Of a stretch of DNA of 64,000 nt, positions 54,554 to 63,152 are shown piece by piece. The stretch lies in the IMG/VR virus record IMGVR_UViG_3300045999_009829, one strand, 5' to 3'. The stretch's first letter is position 1. Every line of letters starts with the position of its first letter. This stretch comes from a virus. Position numbers and translations under genes: made by a program. The notes under the pieces are model-generated. The model did no database searches, was not told the DNA's origin, and saw only the letters and a program-made list of their open reading frames with translations.

Positions 54554-55355
54554 TCCAGTCTAGAACATCAGTCCAGTCCATAGAGCAGACCTCATCCAAC
54601 CGGGTGCGGTCTGCTTTAGTATAGCGCTGATACTGCGCCTTGAGTTCCTCGGGCATGTCTATCTCTGCTATCTTGGAGTTCTCCTTGATGGCGATAGTCA
54701 CCGCAACCTGCAGGAAGCTCTTGGGTGATCCTGTACCCACATTCCATATGTCGGACTGATTTACATACAGAAGCCTGTCGTGAACTTGGCACACGTCGTC
54801 GACGTGAACAAAGTCGCGGAAGTACTTGTCTGAATCCTTAAACACCTTGATGGTGCCGGTCTCTCTGGCTTGCTTCCTGAACTTGGTCACAGGACTTGCT
54901 TGATCGCCCTTGTGGTCCTCGTGGTCTCCATACACGTTGAAGTACCTGAACCCTTGAACCGGCACTCTCCAGTTGCCGGCTTTCACGTATTGGTCGAACG
55001 CATACTTCGACCACGCATATGGACTACGAGGTTGACCCGGCGCTGACTCGCTGAAGTCGGGTCCAGGTCCGTACACACTAGCGCTGCTGGCGTATTGGAA
55101 CCTTACCCCCAGTTCGTTGCACATGGACAGCAGGTCGATGCTGAACAGCAGATTCTGCTCTAGTATCTTGTTGATGTCCTTCTCGGTCGTACTGGATATG
55201 GCGCCTAGATGGATGACAGCATCTAGTCCTGACACGCGAGGCAAGGTCTTGTCTGGGTCATACTCATAGCCCTCAACCTCGTGCCCACGGGCAGTCAAGT
55301 GCTTGACCATGTTCTGCCCGATGAAGCCCTGGTGACCGGTGACTAGTACCTTCAT
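54540..55355 (-). CDS. hldD: ADP-L-glycero-D-manno-heptose 6-epimerase-like SDR
   Basis: TGHQGFIG, HLGAISSTTE, YASSASVYG, YAWSK, FRYFNVYG..EDHKG, RDFVHV, YQRYTKAD. Confidence 0.85.
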   Translation of the reverse strand: MKVLVTGHQGFIGQNMVKHLTARGHEVEGYEYDPDKTLPRVSGLDAVIHLGAISSTTEKDINKILEQNLLFSIDLLSMCNELGVRFQYASSASVYGPGPDFSESAPGQPRSPYAWSKYAFDQYVKAGNWRVPVQGFRYFNVYGDHEDHKGDQASPVTKFRKQARETGTIKVFKDSDKYFRDFVHVDDVCQVHDRLLYVNQSDIWNVGTGSPKSFLQVAVTIAIKENSKIAEIDMPEELKAQYQRYTKADRTRLDEVCSMDWTDVLDWIRDP

Positions 55356-56521
55356 CTTAACTTCTCTATGATGCTGGTGGTGGAGAGATTGCCCACAAGT
55401 GGGATGATGACCACCTCAGCCAAGTCGTTGCCCACCACAGTCTCGGTGGTGTAGTCACCACCCTTGGTGATCACGTCTGGTCGCAGGTTCTCTATGACTC
55501 TTCTGGGCGTGTCCGCGTCAAAGATCACCACCTCGTCAACCGACTCTAGAGACTCAAGCAGAGCCTTTCGATCCTCCTGCTTGTTCACGGGTCTGTCGTT
55601 GCCCTTGAGTCTTCTGACTGACTCATCCGAGTTGAGACCCACAACAAGTCTACCGCCGAGCTTCTTGGACTCTCTCAACAGCTCTATGTGACCTCGATGG
55701 AGGATGTCAAAGCATCCGTTTGTAAAGACGGTCTTGACTCTCCTGATGTCGTCTTGTGTCAGGACGTAGGTGCCGAACTTGGTCACGCTGAGTCCCGCCA
55801 GCTTGTTTGCTTTGGTGCACGCCATGACCAGATCGTCACCCAGTGACAAGTAGTAAGTCATGCTGGCAATGAACACGTCACCTGCGCCCGTGACGTCGCT
55901 GACCGAGTGCTCGTCGCCCTTTATGTGTGTTGTAGAGTCCTTGGTGTACACAGACACACCATCTCTACCTCGTGTGACAACCAGAGCTCCTATCTGATAC
56001 TTGTAGAGCATTCTTGCAGGACTGTTTTGGTAGTCCTCCTTGTCCGTGTAGTCAACCAGTTCCTTCTGGTTGAGCTTGACGATGTCTGCGCCGATGTAGT
56101 TCTCGAGGCGCTTCTTGGGATCTACAATGACCTTACAGCCGAAGCTCTTGCACCGAGTGATGATCCTATGGGTGTAGTGCAGGTAACCCTTGTTGTAGTC
56201 GCTCAGTACGCAGTACTCGATTCCAGTCAGATCAAGGTAGTCTACATCATTGTTTATGGTGTACTGCTCGTTGTCAGAGCGAAACACGAGGTGATTATCA
56301 CACACGTACCTCTTCTTGATGGCGTGGTTCGTCACATCAAAGTAGTGATCCACTTCGGCTCCTAGGGCCTGCAAGTTTGCCACCACGTTGCCCGAGCCAC
56401 CGTCACGGCACTCGTACGACACCTCCTTGAAGATGGGTATGGGCGACTCCGGCGAGATCCTCTCCACCTTGCCCGTGATGTACTCATCTAGAATGTAGTC
56501 ACCTATGACTGCTATTGTCAT
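55352..56521 (-). CDS. hldE: Bifunctional heptose-7-phosphate kinase / heptose-1-phosphate adenylyltransferase
   Basis: PfkB part: GDYILD, RISPESP, SDYNKG, DVTGAGD; transferase part: FTNGCFDILHRGH, GLNSDESVRRLKG, KGGDY, STT. Confidence 0.92.
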   Translation of the reverse strand: MTIAVIGDYILDEYITGKVERISPESPIPIFKEVSYECRDGGSGNVVANLQALGAEVDHYFDVTNHAIKKRYVCDNHLVFRSDNEQYTINNDVDYLDLTGIEYCVLSDYNKGYLHYTHRIITRCKSFGCKVIVDPKKRLENYIGADIVKLNQKELVDYTDKEDYQNSPARMLYKYQIGALVVTRGRDGVSVYTKDSTTHIKGDEHSVSDVTGAGDVFIASMTYYLSLGDDLVMACTKANKLAGLSVTKFGTYVLTQDDIRRVKTVFTNGCFDILHRGHIELLRESKKLGGRLVVGLNSDESVRRLKGNDRPVNKQEDRKALLESLESVDEVVIFDADTPRRVIENLRPDVITKGGDYTTETVVGNDLAEVVIIPLVGNLSTTSIIEKLR

Positions 56522-57183
56522 TCTGCAAAAATCTCTAGTGCTCTGTCAACATAATCGTCCCTGTTCTTCACAAAGATCTGGGCGTCGTCGTGGTCGACCG
56601 CAATGGCCACCACGATCTGAGGAAACTTGTGCTCGGTCAGCTCTTCAGCCATCATCGAGTAGACCGTAGCCTGAAGGAAGTAAGACTGAATGTCTTCCTC
56701 TTCTTTCCTGCGCTTGGAGGTCTTGAAGTCGATCACCGAGTTGACACCCAGCCAACCAGCAAGCAAGTCAGTCCGACCTGCGGTCCCCAGTCTCTTGGAC
56801 CAGAGCGGAACCTCTAGTCCGTATACGGTGCCGATGCAGAGGTCGAGGTGCTTCTTGATCGAGCTGAAGGTGACCAGGTTGAAGGGCATCGCACCCCTCT
56901 TGTAGTCCGGATCATTGCTCAGGTACTTCTCACAGAGGAGATGGACTGCAGATCCCCGCCCGGCCGCCTGAGTGGACACCCTCTTGGCCTCTTCCTCACC
57001 GACTCGAGCCTTCCAAGCCTCAAGCCCTGGATTCTTGAGCTTCTGACCCAGTACTGTGGTCACCGACGGCAAGTTACCAGCAGGCGTCTTGTAGTATCGC
57101 TTGCCGTCTACATACTCAGTCTCTAAGTCCGGCAGATACACCGGGTTGTGAAGGAATCCCTTGTGTCGATTTGTCGTGATCAT
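56518..57183 (-). CDS. PD-(D/E)XK exonuclease of T4-like phages
   Basis: PSVTTVL, RGSAVH, AGRTD, IDFKTS, YFLQATVY. Confidence 0.85.
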   Translation of the reverse strand: MITTNRHKGFLHNPVYLPDLETEYVDGKRYYKTPAGNLPSVTTVLGQKLKNPGLEAWKARVGEEEAKRVSTQAAGRGSAVHLLCEKYLSNDPDYKRGAMPFNLVTFSSIKKHLDLCIGTVYGLEVPLWSKRLGTAGRTDLLAGWLGVNSVIDFKTSKRRKEEEDIQSYFLQATVYSMMAEELTEHKFPQIVVAIAVDHDDAQIFVKNRDDYVDRALEIFAE

Positions 57184-57620
57184 GCCAGCTTTATCTCAAC
57201 CCCCGCTTCTAGAGCCATGACGTGACTGTACTCAAAGCTTTCTTGCCACTTCTCCGTGGCGTCACCTGAAATGCACACGAATATCCGCTTGACGCCAGAC
57301 TGGATCAGCCCTCTGGTGCAGTCTGCACAGGGTAGTAGAGTGACGTATGCTGTGCACCCCTCAAGTGGGATTCCGTTCCTGGCTGCATTAAATATAGCAT
57401 TACGCTCTGCATGCTCGGTCCAGAAGTACTTCTCTGGCTTCTCGTGCCTGATGTCGATGTCGTCGTTGACGCCTCGACAAAAGCCGTTGTAGCCAGTAGT
57501 CCGAACTTCGTGGTTAGGTCCGACTATGACGCACCCGACCTTAGTCGATCGGTCCTTGGACTTGGTGGCCACCAGTTCGGCCATCTGCATGAAGTACTCG
57601 TCCCAATTCACCTGTTTCAT
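57180..57620 (-). CDS. cd: dCMP deaminase
   Basis: WDEYFM, SKDRSTKVG, GYNG, HAERNA, PCADC. Confidence 0.9.
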   Translation of the reverse strand: MKQVNWDEYFMQMAELVATKSKDRSTKVGCVIVGPNHEVRTTGYNGFCRGVNDDIDIRHEKPEKYFWTEHAERNAIFNAARNGIPLEGCTAYVTLLPCADCTRGLIQSGVKRIFVCISGDATEKWQESFEYSHVMALEAGVEIKLA

Positions 57621-57638
57621 CCTATTGAGGGTTCAATC

Positions 57639-58085
57639 ATGAAGACACTAGTTGCTCTACTTCTTATTTTAGGCCTCACGGCTACGTCAGCTCTAGCTCA
57701 GAGGCGCAACCCAGAGTTCATTCAGTACGACTGGAAGGTCATCAGGGTGATCGACGGCGACACGATCGAGTTTGAAGCCCCATGGGTGCCACCGCCCATC
57801 CGTCAGAGGATTGCCCTTCGAGTGTTTGGGGTCGACACGCCAGAGAAGGGTCACAGAGCGCAGTGTCCGCAGGAAGCGACCAGAGCTCAAGCGGCGACCG
57901 AGTTCACCAGGCAGGCCATATCAAACAGCCGTACTGTCCGAGCGGCCATTACCGACTGGGACAAGTACGGCGGTAGGATCCTCGGTGACGTCATCCTAGA
58001 CAACGGCGTGAGCCTCAGGGCATTGCTGATCCAGAACGGTCACGCCCGTGCCTACTTTGGTGAAACCAAGCAGAGCTGGTGCTAG
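57639..58085 (+). CDS. Thermonuclease (SNase) with a signal peptide
   Basis: MKTLVALLLILGLTATSALA signal; RVIDGDT, GVDTPE, DKYGGRILG. Confidence 0.85.
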   Translation: MKTLVALLLILGLTATSALAQRRNPEFIQYDWKVIRVIDGDTIEFEAPWVPPPIRQRIALRVFGVDTPEKGHRAQCPQEATRAQAATEFTRQAISNSRTVRAAITDWDKYGGRILGDVILDNGVSLRALLIQNGHARAYFGETKQSWC

Positions 58086-58483
58086 TCTTTACTCTTGTAC
58101 TTGTCAAAGTTTGAGTGGTCGTAGCAGGTGAGTCTGTAACCACCATCACTTGGCCACCCACAGGTAGCATGGCTGAAGCAGTTTGGCTCGTCACACACCC
58201 GGGCAAACTTCTTCAGCTCCTTGTTCTCTATTGCCTGCTCTTGAATGACTTTTATAAGAGCAGGCGCCGTGCTGTAGTCCAGCTCGTTGGTGATGTTCAT
58301 GCCGCCCGCCTCATAGAGAGGTACATATGCGTCAGGACCAAAGCCAAGTAGATTGTAGATCAGATAGCGAAACGAACCTGGATTCTCTCCGTGCTCGTCG
58401 ATCTTCGAGATGACCCAGGCTGCAATCTCGAGCTTGGTATCATAGTCATACTTGGCCACAAGGGCGTCGTAGTCCTCACTCAT
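58082..58483 (-). CDS. Hypothetical protein
   Basis: GSFRYLIY..LGFGPDAY; C-terminal Cys/His cluster. Confidence 0.65.
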   Translation of the reverse strand: MSEDYDALVAKYDYDTKLEIAAWVISKIDEHGENPGSFRYLIYNLLGFGPDAYVPLYEAGGMNITNELDYSTAPALIKVIQEQAIENKELKKFARVCDEPNCFSHATCGWPSDGGYRLTCYDHSNFDKYKSKD

Positions 58484-58659
58484 TTCTCTTCCTCCCAGAA
58501 TCGGCAGTAGAAGTGTGCGCCGAACGCCTCGATCTCTGGTCGAGGATATCCCTCCTCGACCAGCCACTCTACCAAATCACTCATCCTATCATTCGGGATG
58601 GCCTTAGGAAACCCGTATTTCCATCCCGACGGTGGATCAACATATCTAACAGTCTTCAT
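58480..58659 (-). CDS. Small hypothetical protein (59 aa)
   Basis: Manual translation MKTVRYVDPPSGWKYGFPKAIP...WLVEEGYP; ATGA overlaps at both ends. Confidence 0.65.
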   Translation of the reverse strand: MKTVRYVDPPSGWKYGFPKAIPNDRMSDLVEWLVEEGYPRPEIEAFGAHFYCRFWEEEK

Positions 58660-59426
58660 AGTACGGTGATCATACCCCTGTCCTCTAGGTCCTCTCTGGC
58701 GATGATGTACTCCTTCACCAGGTCAGACCTCACGATATCATCTCGATTGAACTCGATGACGTTGAAGCTTCTCATCTTGTTAATGACCTTAAAGAAGTCC
58801 TTGAAGCCCGATACGTCCCTGCGGCCGTCCAAGTCGTTCTGCTTGATGTCGCCCGCAAACACCACCTTGCAGTTCTTGCCGATGCGAGTGAACACGCTGT
58901 GCAGCTCACCTGGAGTCATGTTCTGGAACTCATCAACAATGATCACGGCGTCGTTGATGGTGATGCCTCGGACGAACGATGTGGTCATGAACTCGACTAC
59001 GTTCTTAGTCTTCATGTACTCGTAGGCGTCGCCTCTGCCGAAGAGCTCCGAGAAGATGGAGTAGTAGGGCGCCTCGTAGACCTTGGACTTTTCCTTGTTG
59101 GATCCAGGCAGGAATCCCATGTCTCTGGTAGGGACCACGCTCCTGACGATGATCATCTTGTCGTGGGTCTTCCTCTCCATGATATCGGTCATGCCGAGGT
59201 ATATGGACAGGAATGACTTACCAGTGCCAGCGGTGCCGACCAGGAGAAGGTGTTGGTCTTGGTCGTAAGCGTCAAACGTCAGCCGCTGATTGTCAGTGAG
59301 TGGTCGGAACTGTTTGAGGGTAAAGTTAAGTCGTTCAGATATCTGTGTGGCACCCCCTCCCTCTCCCGACTGTCTCTGGATCCTGCGCTCTTTCTTTGTG
59401 AGCTTTCTTTGTCTGGGTGCCTGCAT
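58656..59426 (-). CDS. phoH: PhoH-like ATPase
   Basis: PLTDNQ, GTAGTGKS, GFLPG, SFVRG, DEFQN, TRIG, GDIKQND, DIVRS. Confidence 0.93.
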   Translation of the reverse strand: MQAPRQRKLTKKERRIQRQSGEGGGATQISERLNFTLKQFRPLTDNQRLTFDAYDQDQHLLLVGTAGTGKSFLSIYLGMTDIMERKTHDKMIIVRSVVPTRDMGFLPGSNKEKSKVYEAPYYSIFSELFGRGDAYEYMKTKNVVEFMTTSFVRGITINDAVIIVDEFQNMTPGELHSVFTRIGKNCKVVFAGDIKQNDLDGRRDVSGFKDFFKVINKMRSFNVIEFNRDDIVRSDLVKEYIIAREDLEDRGMITVL

Positions 59427-59435
59427 GAGGACTCT

Positions 59436-59684
59436 CTAAAACGTGTTGATGTTGCTCCGAGTGAGGCCGCGTGAGTGAGCCTTCTTGATTTCCTTCAGAC
59501 GATCCCGGAAGCCGCTATCCGGTTTCTTGAGCCCCAGGCGGATTGAGTCGCCTAGGGCGGGAGCGCTGTGGAACACTTGCTGCATGTGTGGATTGCTAGC
59601 CACAAACTCCTCGCGCTCGTTCATCGACATTATGACGGTGAACTCCTCACTTGTATTTAGGTCTTTGAAGGTGTAAGACGGCAT
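59436..59684 (-). CDS. FmdB-like small protein of T4-like phages
   Basis: MPSYTF, KPDSGFRDRL. Confidence 0.6.
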   Translation of the reverse strand: MPSYTFKDLNTSEEFTVIMSMNEREEFVASNPHMQQVFHSAPALGDSIRLGLKKPDSGFRDRLKEIKKAHSRGLTRSNINTF

Positions 59685-59887
59685 CAGCGGTGCCTCCGGT
59701 TGTCATCCAAGTCATCCTCGTCATCGTCGATCTCTAGTAGACCGTTGACATTCTTTGCTCGGATCAGGTTCTTGATCTTCTTGGATCGTCGGTGCTCGTT
59801 GAGGCTCTTTCGATCAATGTAGTCGTAGTGGGCATAGTCGTCGTACCAGTTGTTGTGACCGTAACCCTTAGGCTTAGACTTGCTCAT
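59684..59887 (-). CDS. Small hypothetical protein
   Basis: 67 aa charged ORF within the operon. Confidence 0.55.
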   Translation of the reverse strand: MSKSKPKGYGHNNWYDDYAHYDYIDRKSLNEHRRSKKIKNLIRAKNVNGLLEIDDDEDDLDDNRRHR

Positions 59888-60300
59888 GTATCAATCAGTC
59901 CCGGGAATGCTAGATTTACTACCTCAATGGTGATGCCTGGATAAGGGATCTTCTTATCCTTTGCCGCTAGAACCAACTTGGCGTCCTCTGGATCCAGTGA
60001 TTCTAGAAGTTCGATGAACAGCGCCTCACGGCGGAGCTGCTTCAGGTTGGGGTTGCCGTTCTCTAGGAACAGGTAAAACTTTCGGGCCTCCGTGAAGAGC
60101 CTGTGCTGCTGATCAACTAGATCACACGGCCTGTAGGGAGGATCACCCTCTGGCAATAGCCACTTGACTCGTGGGTCAAGCGCTACCCAGAGAACTTGTC
60201 GGAGGGGAACTGTGTCATGAGCCCTGAGTACGTTGGCTCGGTCTTGATCCGTCGTGCCTTGAGAGGCCTTCTTTAGGATCTCACTGATACTGAGTTTCAT
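59884..60300 (-). CDS. Conserved T4-like hypothetical protein
   Basis: ISEIL, LPEGDPPY, RREALFIELLESL, KDK, AFPGLI. Confidence 0.75.
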   Translation of the reverse strand: MKLSISEILKKASQGTTDQDRANVLRAHDTVPLRQVLWVALDPRVKWLLPEGDPPYRPCDLVDQQHRLFTEARKFYLFLENGNPNLKQLRREALFIELLESLDPEDAKLVLAAKDKKIPYPGITIEVVNLAFPGLIDT

Positions 60301-61155
60301 TTAGACAAAGTCTCCAATGGAGTCTGTGAGGTTGCGAAGTCGGTTGACGATGAAGTAGTTGAGCAAGTTCGGGCTCTTCTTGCCGCCCTGTGAGGTGTAG
60401 CTCTCAAGGATGTTCTGGCGCACGTTGGCGGGAATCTGAGTCAGGTCGATGAGCTGCTTGTTCCGAATGTAGTTCCGGAAGTTCGGGTGGTCGTACTTGC
60501 CATCTAGATTTAGGGCAGCCAAAGTGTCCAGCTTCTTCTGTGTGACTGGAGACTGGCGCTTGCCGATCACGAAGCTGTTGTCATCACTGAGGATGTTGGG
60601 AATGCCGTCACCAGCGTCGCCCTTGATGATGTGCTCGAGCAGGAAGCGATCAGGGTCGTTGCAGATGATCTTCTTCTTGCGGACCGGGTCGTACTGCTGA
60701 ACGTTGATGTACTGCTGCAGCTGCTGGAAGTCCTTGTCGCCAGAGAGGATCAGGATCTTCTCGTTGGTGTTGCCGAACTCCTGGCAGAGCGTTCCGATTA
60801 CGTCGTCGGCCTCGGCAGACTCCACGTCGATCACTCGGTAGGGGAAGAACTCCTTGAGCTCGCCACGAATCTTACCCAGACACTCGAAGATGGCCTTCCA
60901 GTCAAGCTCGGATTCGGCCTGGGACTTCTTGCGATTGGCCTTGTAGTAGGGAAACAGCTGACGGCGCCAGTAGTTCTTGTTGTCGCAGGCGATCACGAAC
61001 TCGCCGAAGTCAGGGCCGAACTTGGTCTTGTACATGCGGATGGAGTTGAGCACCATGTGGCGCACCATCCCCTCATCCACCTTGGCGTTGGTGTGGTTGC
61101 CAAGCTGGACCATGATGTTGGAAAGCATTACCTGGGACAGGTCAAGAATGATCAT
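60301..61155 (-). CDS. rnh: T4-like RNase H / 5'-3' exonuclease
   Basis: YWRR..FPYYKANR, EADDVIG, SGDKDF, KGDAGDGIPN. Confidence 0.92.
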   Translation of the reverse strand: MIILDLSQVMLSNIMVQLGNHTNAKVDEGMVRHMVLNSIRMYKTKFGPDFGEFVIACDNKNYWRRQLFPYYKANRKKSQAESELDWKAIFECLGKIRGELKEFFPYRVIDVESAEADDVIGTLCQEFGNTNEKILILSGDKDFQQLQQYINVQQYDPVRKKKIICNDPDRFLLEHIIKGDAGDGIPNILSDDNSFVIGKRQSPVTQKKLDTLAALNLDGKYDHPNFRNYIRNKQLIDLTQIPANVRQNILESYTSQGGKKSPNLLNYFIVNRLRNLTDSIGDFV

Positions 61156-61170
61156 TGTGTATAGAGCTCT

Positions 61171-61554
61171 TCAGCTCTGCTCCTCTGTGGGTGTGATGAT
61201 GATCTTTACTTTGTCAGACACTTCTAGGTTCCCTTCGCTGTCAAGCTGAACGAAGAGGTTGTCGGCAATGATCTGCAGTGGGTGACTCATGCCGTAGACT
61301 TTGTTGAGAAAGGATCGAGCAGCCTCTACGATGAGAGCGCCGTCCTTGAGGAAGACCATCTCATCGGAGGGCTGAAAGCCCGCTAGAGCAAGGTTGTCAA
61401 ACATCATGGGGATGACTTGCTCTAGTGTCTGCTGTATGTGGGCTTGCCTGACAACGTCTACTGTGTCCTCAACTTCTTCCATGCTCTGGGGAGCCATCTC
61501 ACCCAGAGGCGACTGGCGCTTCCTGGGAAAGGGAATGACGTTGTCAATTTCCAT
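61171..61554 (-). CDS. Hypothetical protein
   Basis: DNVIPFP N-terminus, HPLQ; upstream of rnh. Confidence 0.65.
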   Translation of the reverse strand: MEIDNVIPFPRKRQSPLGEMAPQSMEEVEDTVDVVRQAHIQQTLEQVIPMMFDNLALAGFQPSDEMVFLKDGALIVEAARSFLNKVYGMSHPLQIIADNLFVQLDSEGNLEVSDKVKIIITPTEEQS

Positions 61555-61593
61555 GATTGTATTGTATCTCACCTGGGATTAGAAGTCAATCAA

Positions 61594-61601
61594 TATTTAT
61601 A
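61594..61601 (-). promoter_or_regulatory. Late promoter TATAAATA, followed by a TTGACT/TACAAT sigma70-like promoter
   Basis: tatttata overlapping the gmhA stop codon. Confidence 0.5.
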
Positions 61602-62181
61602 GCTTTAGAGACTCACGGTCTGTAGCGTCTCGGTACCTGATCCGCTGAGAGATGGCGTGTAGGATCATCATGTGCACATCTTCTACTACGCCGTAGTTGA
61701 ATGAAGGAACGTGCACGTTGATTTGGGACATCAGTGATGCATACCCACCGGTAAAGCCGGTAAGGGCAATCGTTTTAGCGCCCAGCTCGTTTGCCGCGGT
61801 GATACCATTTATGATGTTCTGTGAATTGCCGCTGGCTGACATCGCCAGCACCACGTCGCCGTATTGACACCGATGGTAGCGCAACTGCTTGGCAAAGATG
61901 TGCTCGTAGCCTATGTCGTTGGCAAGAGCGGTCACAAGCGGCCCGTTGCTCGCTAGACTGATAGCCTTCGCGGTGAGGATGTCGTGCTTGTTGGTGTCCT
62001 CGTTGAGGCCCTTCATGTAGTCGCAGACCCAGTGATCTGCATTGGCTGCCGATCCGCCGTTACCCATGATGTAGAGTCTGGCACAGCCGTCGATTGCTTT
62101 AAAGGCTTGCTCTAAGATCTCTCGGTTGATCCCTGCTGTAGCAAGATTGACTGCCCCAAAGTACTCGTCAAAGCTGTTCAT
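61597..62181 (-). CDS. gmhA: Phosphoheptose isomerase (SIS domain)
   Basis: GNGGSAA, TALANDIGY..IFAKQL, SASGNS, LTGFTGG, EDVH. Confidence 0.9.
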   Translation of the reverse strand: MNSFDEYFGAVNLATAGINREILEQAFKAIDGCARLYIMGNGGSAANADHWVCDYMKGLNEDTNKHDILTAKAISLASNGPLVTALANDIGYEHIFAKQLRYHRCQYGDVVLAMSASGNSQNIINGITAANELGAKTIALTGFTGGYASLMSQINVHVPSFNYGVVEDVHMMILHAISQRIRYRDATDRESLKL

Positions 62182-63152
62182 AGCTTGAATGCCTCACTTC
62201 CGATGTCTGTGAACGAGATGTGGAACTGCTTGTAGTGCTTCCGCATGTGGGTCTTGAAGCTGGCGTGGCGCTCGTGCGGGACGTAGAAGAGCATGTACCC
62301 ACCGCCGCCTGCGCCCAATAGCTTGCCGCCGATGGCTCCCGCCTTCCTCCCCTCCTCGTACATCGCGTCAATATGAGGGTTAGAGATAGAGCTTGCCAGC
62401 TTCTTCTTTTGCTCCCAGGTCGTGTGCAGCAGGGCGCCGAAGTCATGAAGCTTTTCAGACTTCAGGAGCTTGAGACCTTCCTCTGCAATTTGGACCAGCT
62501 CCTTGGTGGCATCAACCGTCGACTTGGTCTGCAGGTTGGCGACCTGCTCCCCGAGTATATCAGACGTCTTTCTATTCACGCCGGTTGAATAGCAGATGAG
62601 TCGCTCGTTGAGCACGCCAAGGATTGCGGAGCTCAGTGGTATTGGGGTCACCTCTACACCAGAGCTGTCGAACCGGATGCAGTTGAATCCACCGTAAGCT
62701 GCCGCATACTGGTCCTGCTTGCCGATGGGCTCTCCGCAGAAGTCGATCTCGATGTTGCTTGCAAGCTCTGCTAGGTCTCTCTTATTATACGGCAGGCACT
62801 TGAGCTTGTAAAGGGCATTCACCAGCGCTACGGTGAAAGTCGACGACGAGCCGAGACCCGTGCCCTTGGTCGGAACGTCAGAGAAAGAGCAGATCTCTAT
62901 CTTGCGCTGAGTCTCAAATATGCCAAGGGCATGCCTGATCCTGTCGTGCTTGAGTTCACTGGCGTCCTTGACCACTTCCATCTCTGAGTAGACTGCACGA
63001 ACGTGGTCAGTCTCGCAGGGGTTTACGGCTATCTTGATGCGTCGGTCAATAGCCGTAGAGATCACCATCCCGGGTGAGTTCCTGTAGAACTGCGGGATGT
63101 CACTGCCCCCTCCGAAGAACGAGATCCGGAGGGGAGCCGAGGAGATGATCAT
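62178..63152 (-). CDS. hddA: GHMP kinase, D-glycero-alpha-D-manno-heptose-7-phosphate kinase-like
   Basis: APLRISFFGGGSD, GTGLGSSS, GKQDQY, GGKLLGAGGGG; start at 63152 by the ATGA overlap. Confidence 0.82.
   Translation of the reverse strand: MIISSAPLRISFFGGGSDIPQFYRNSPGMVISTAIDRRIKIAVNPCETDHVRAVYSEMEVVKDASELKHDRIRHALGIFETQRKIEICSFSDVPTKGTGLGSSSTFTVALVNALYKLKCLPYNKRDLAELASNIEIDFCGEPIGKQDQYAAAYGGFNCIRFDSSGVEVTPIPLSSAILGVLNERLICYSTGVNRKTSDILGEQVANLQTKSTVDATKELVQIAEEGLKLLKSEKLHDFGALLHTTWEQKKKLASSISNPHIDAMYEEGRKAGAIGGKLLGAGGGGYMLFYVPHERHASFKTHMRKHYKQFHISFTDIGSEAFKL

Noticed and set aside
54540-56521. Host LPS locus misassembled into the phage contig
   Set aside because: The genes overlap phage genes by ATGA coupling and share their codon style.
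56518-57183. Cas4/CRISPR association of the exonuclease
   Set aside because: It lacks the four-Cys Fe-S pattern and lies in the ordinary T4-like phoH/exonuclease context.
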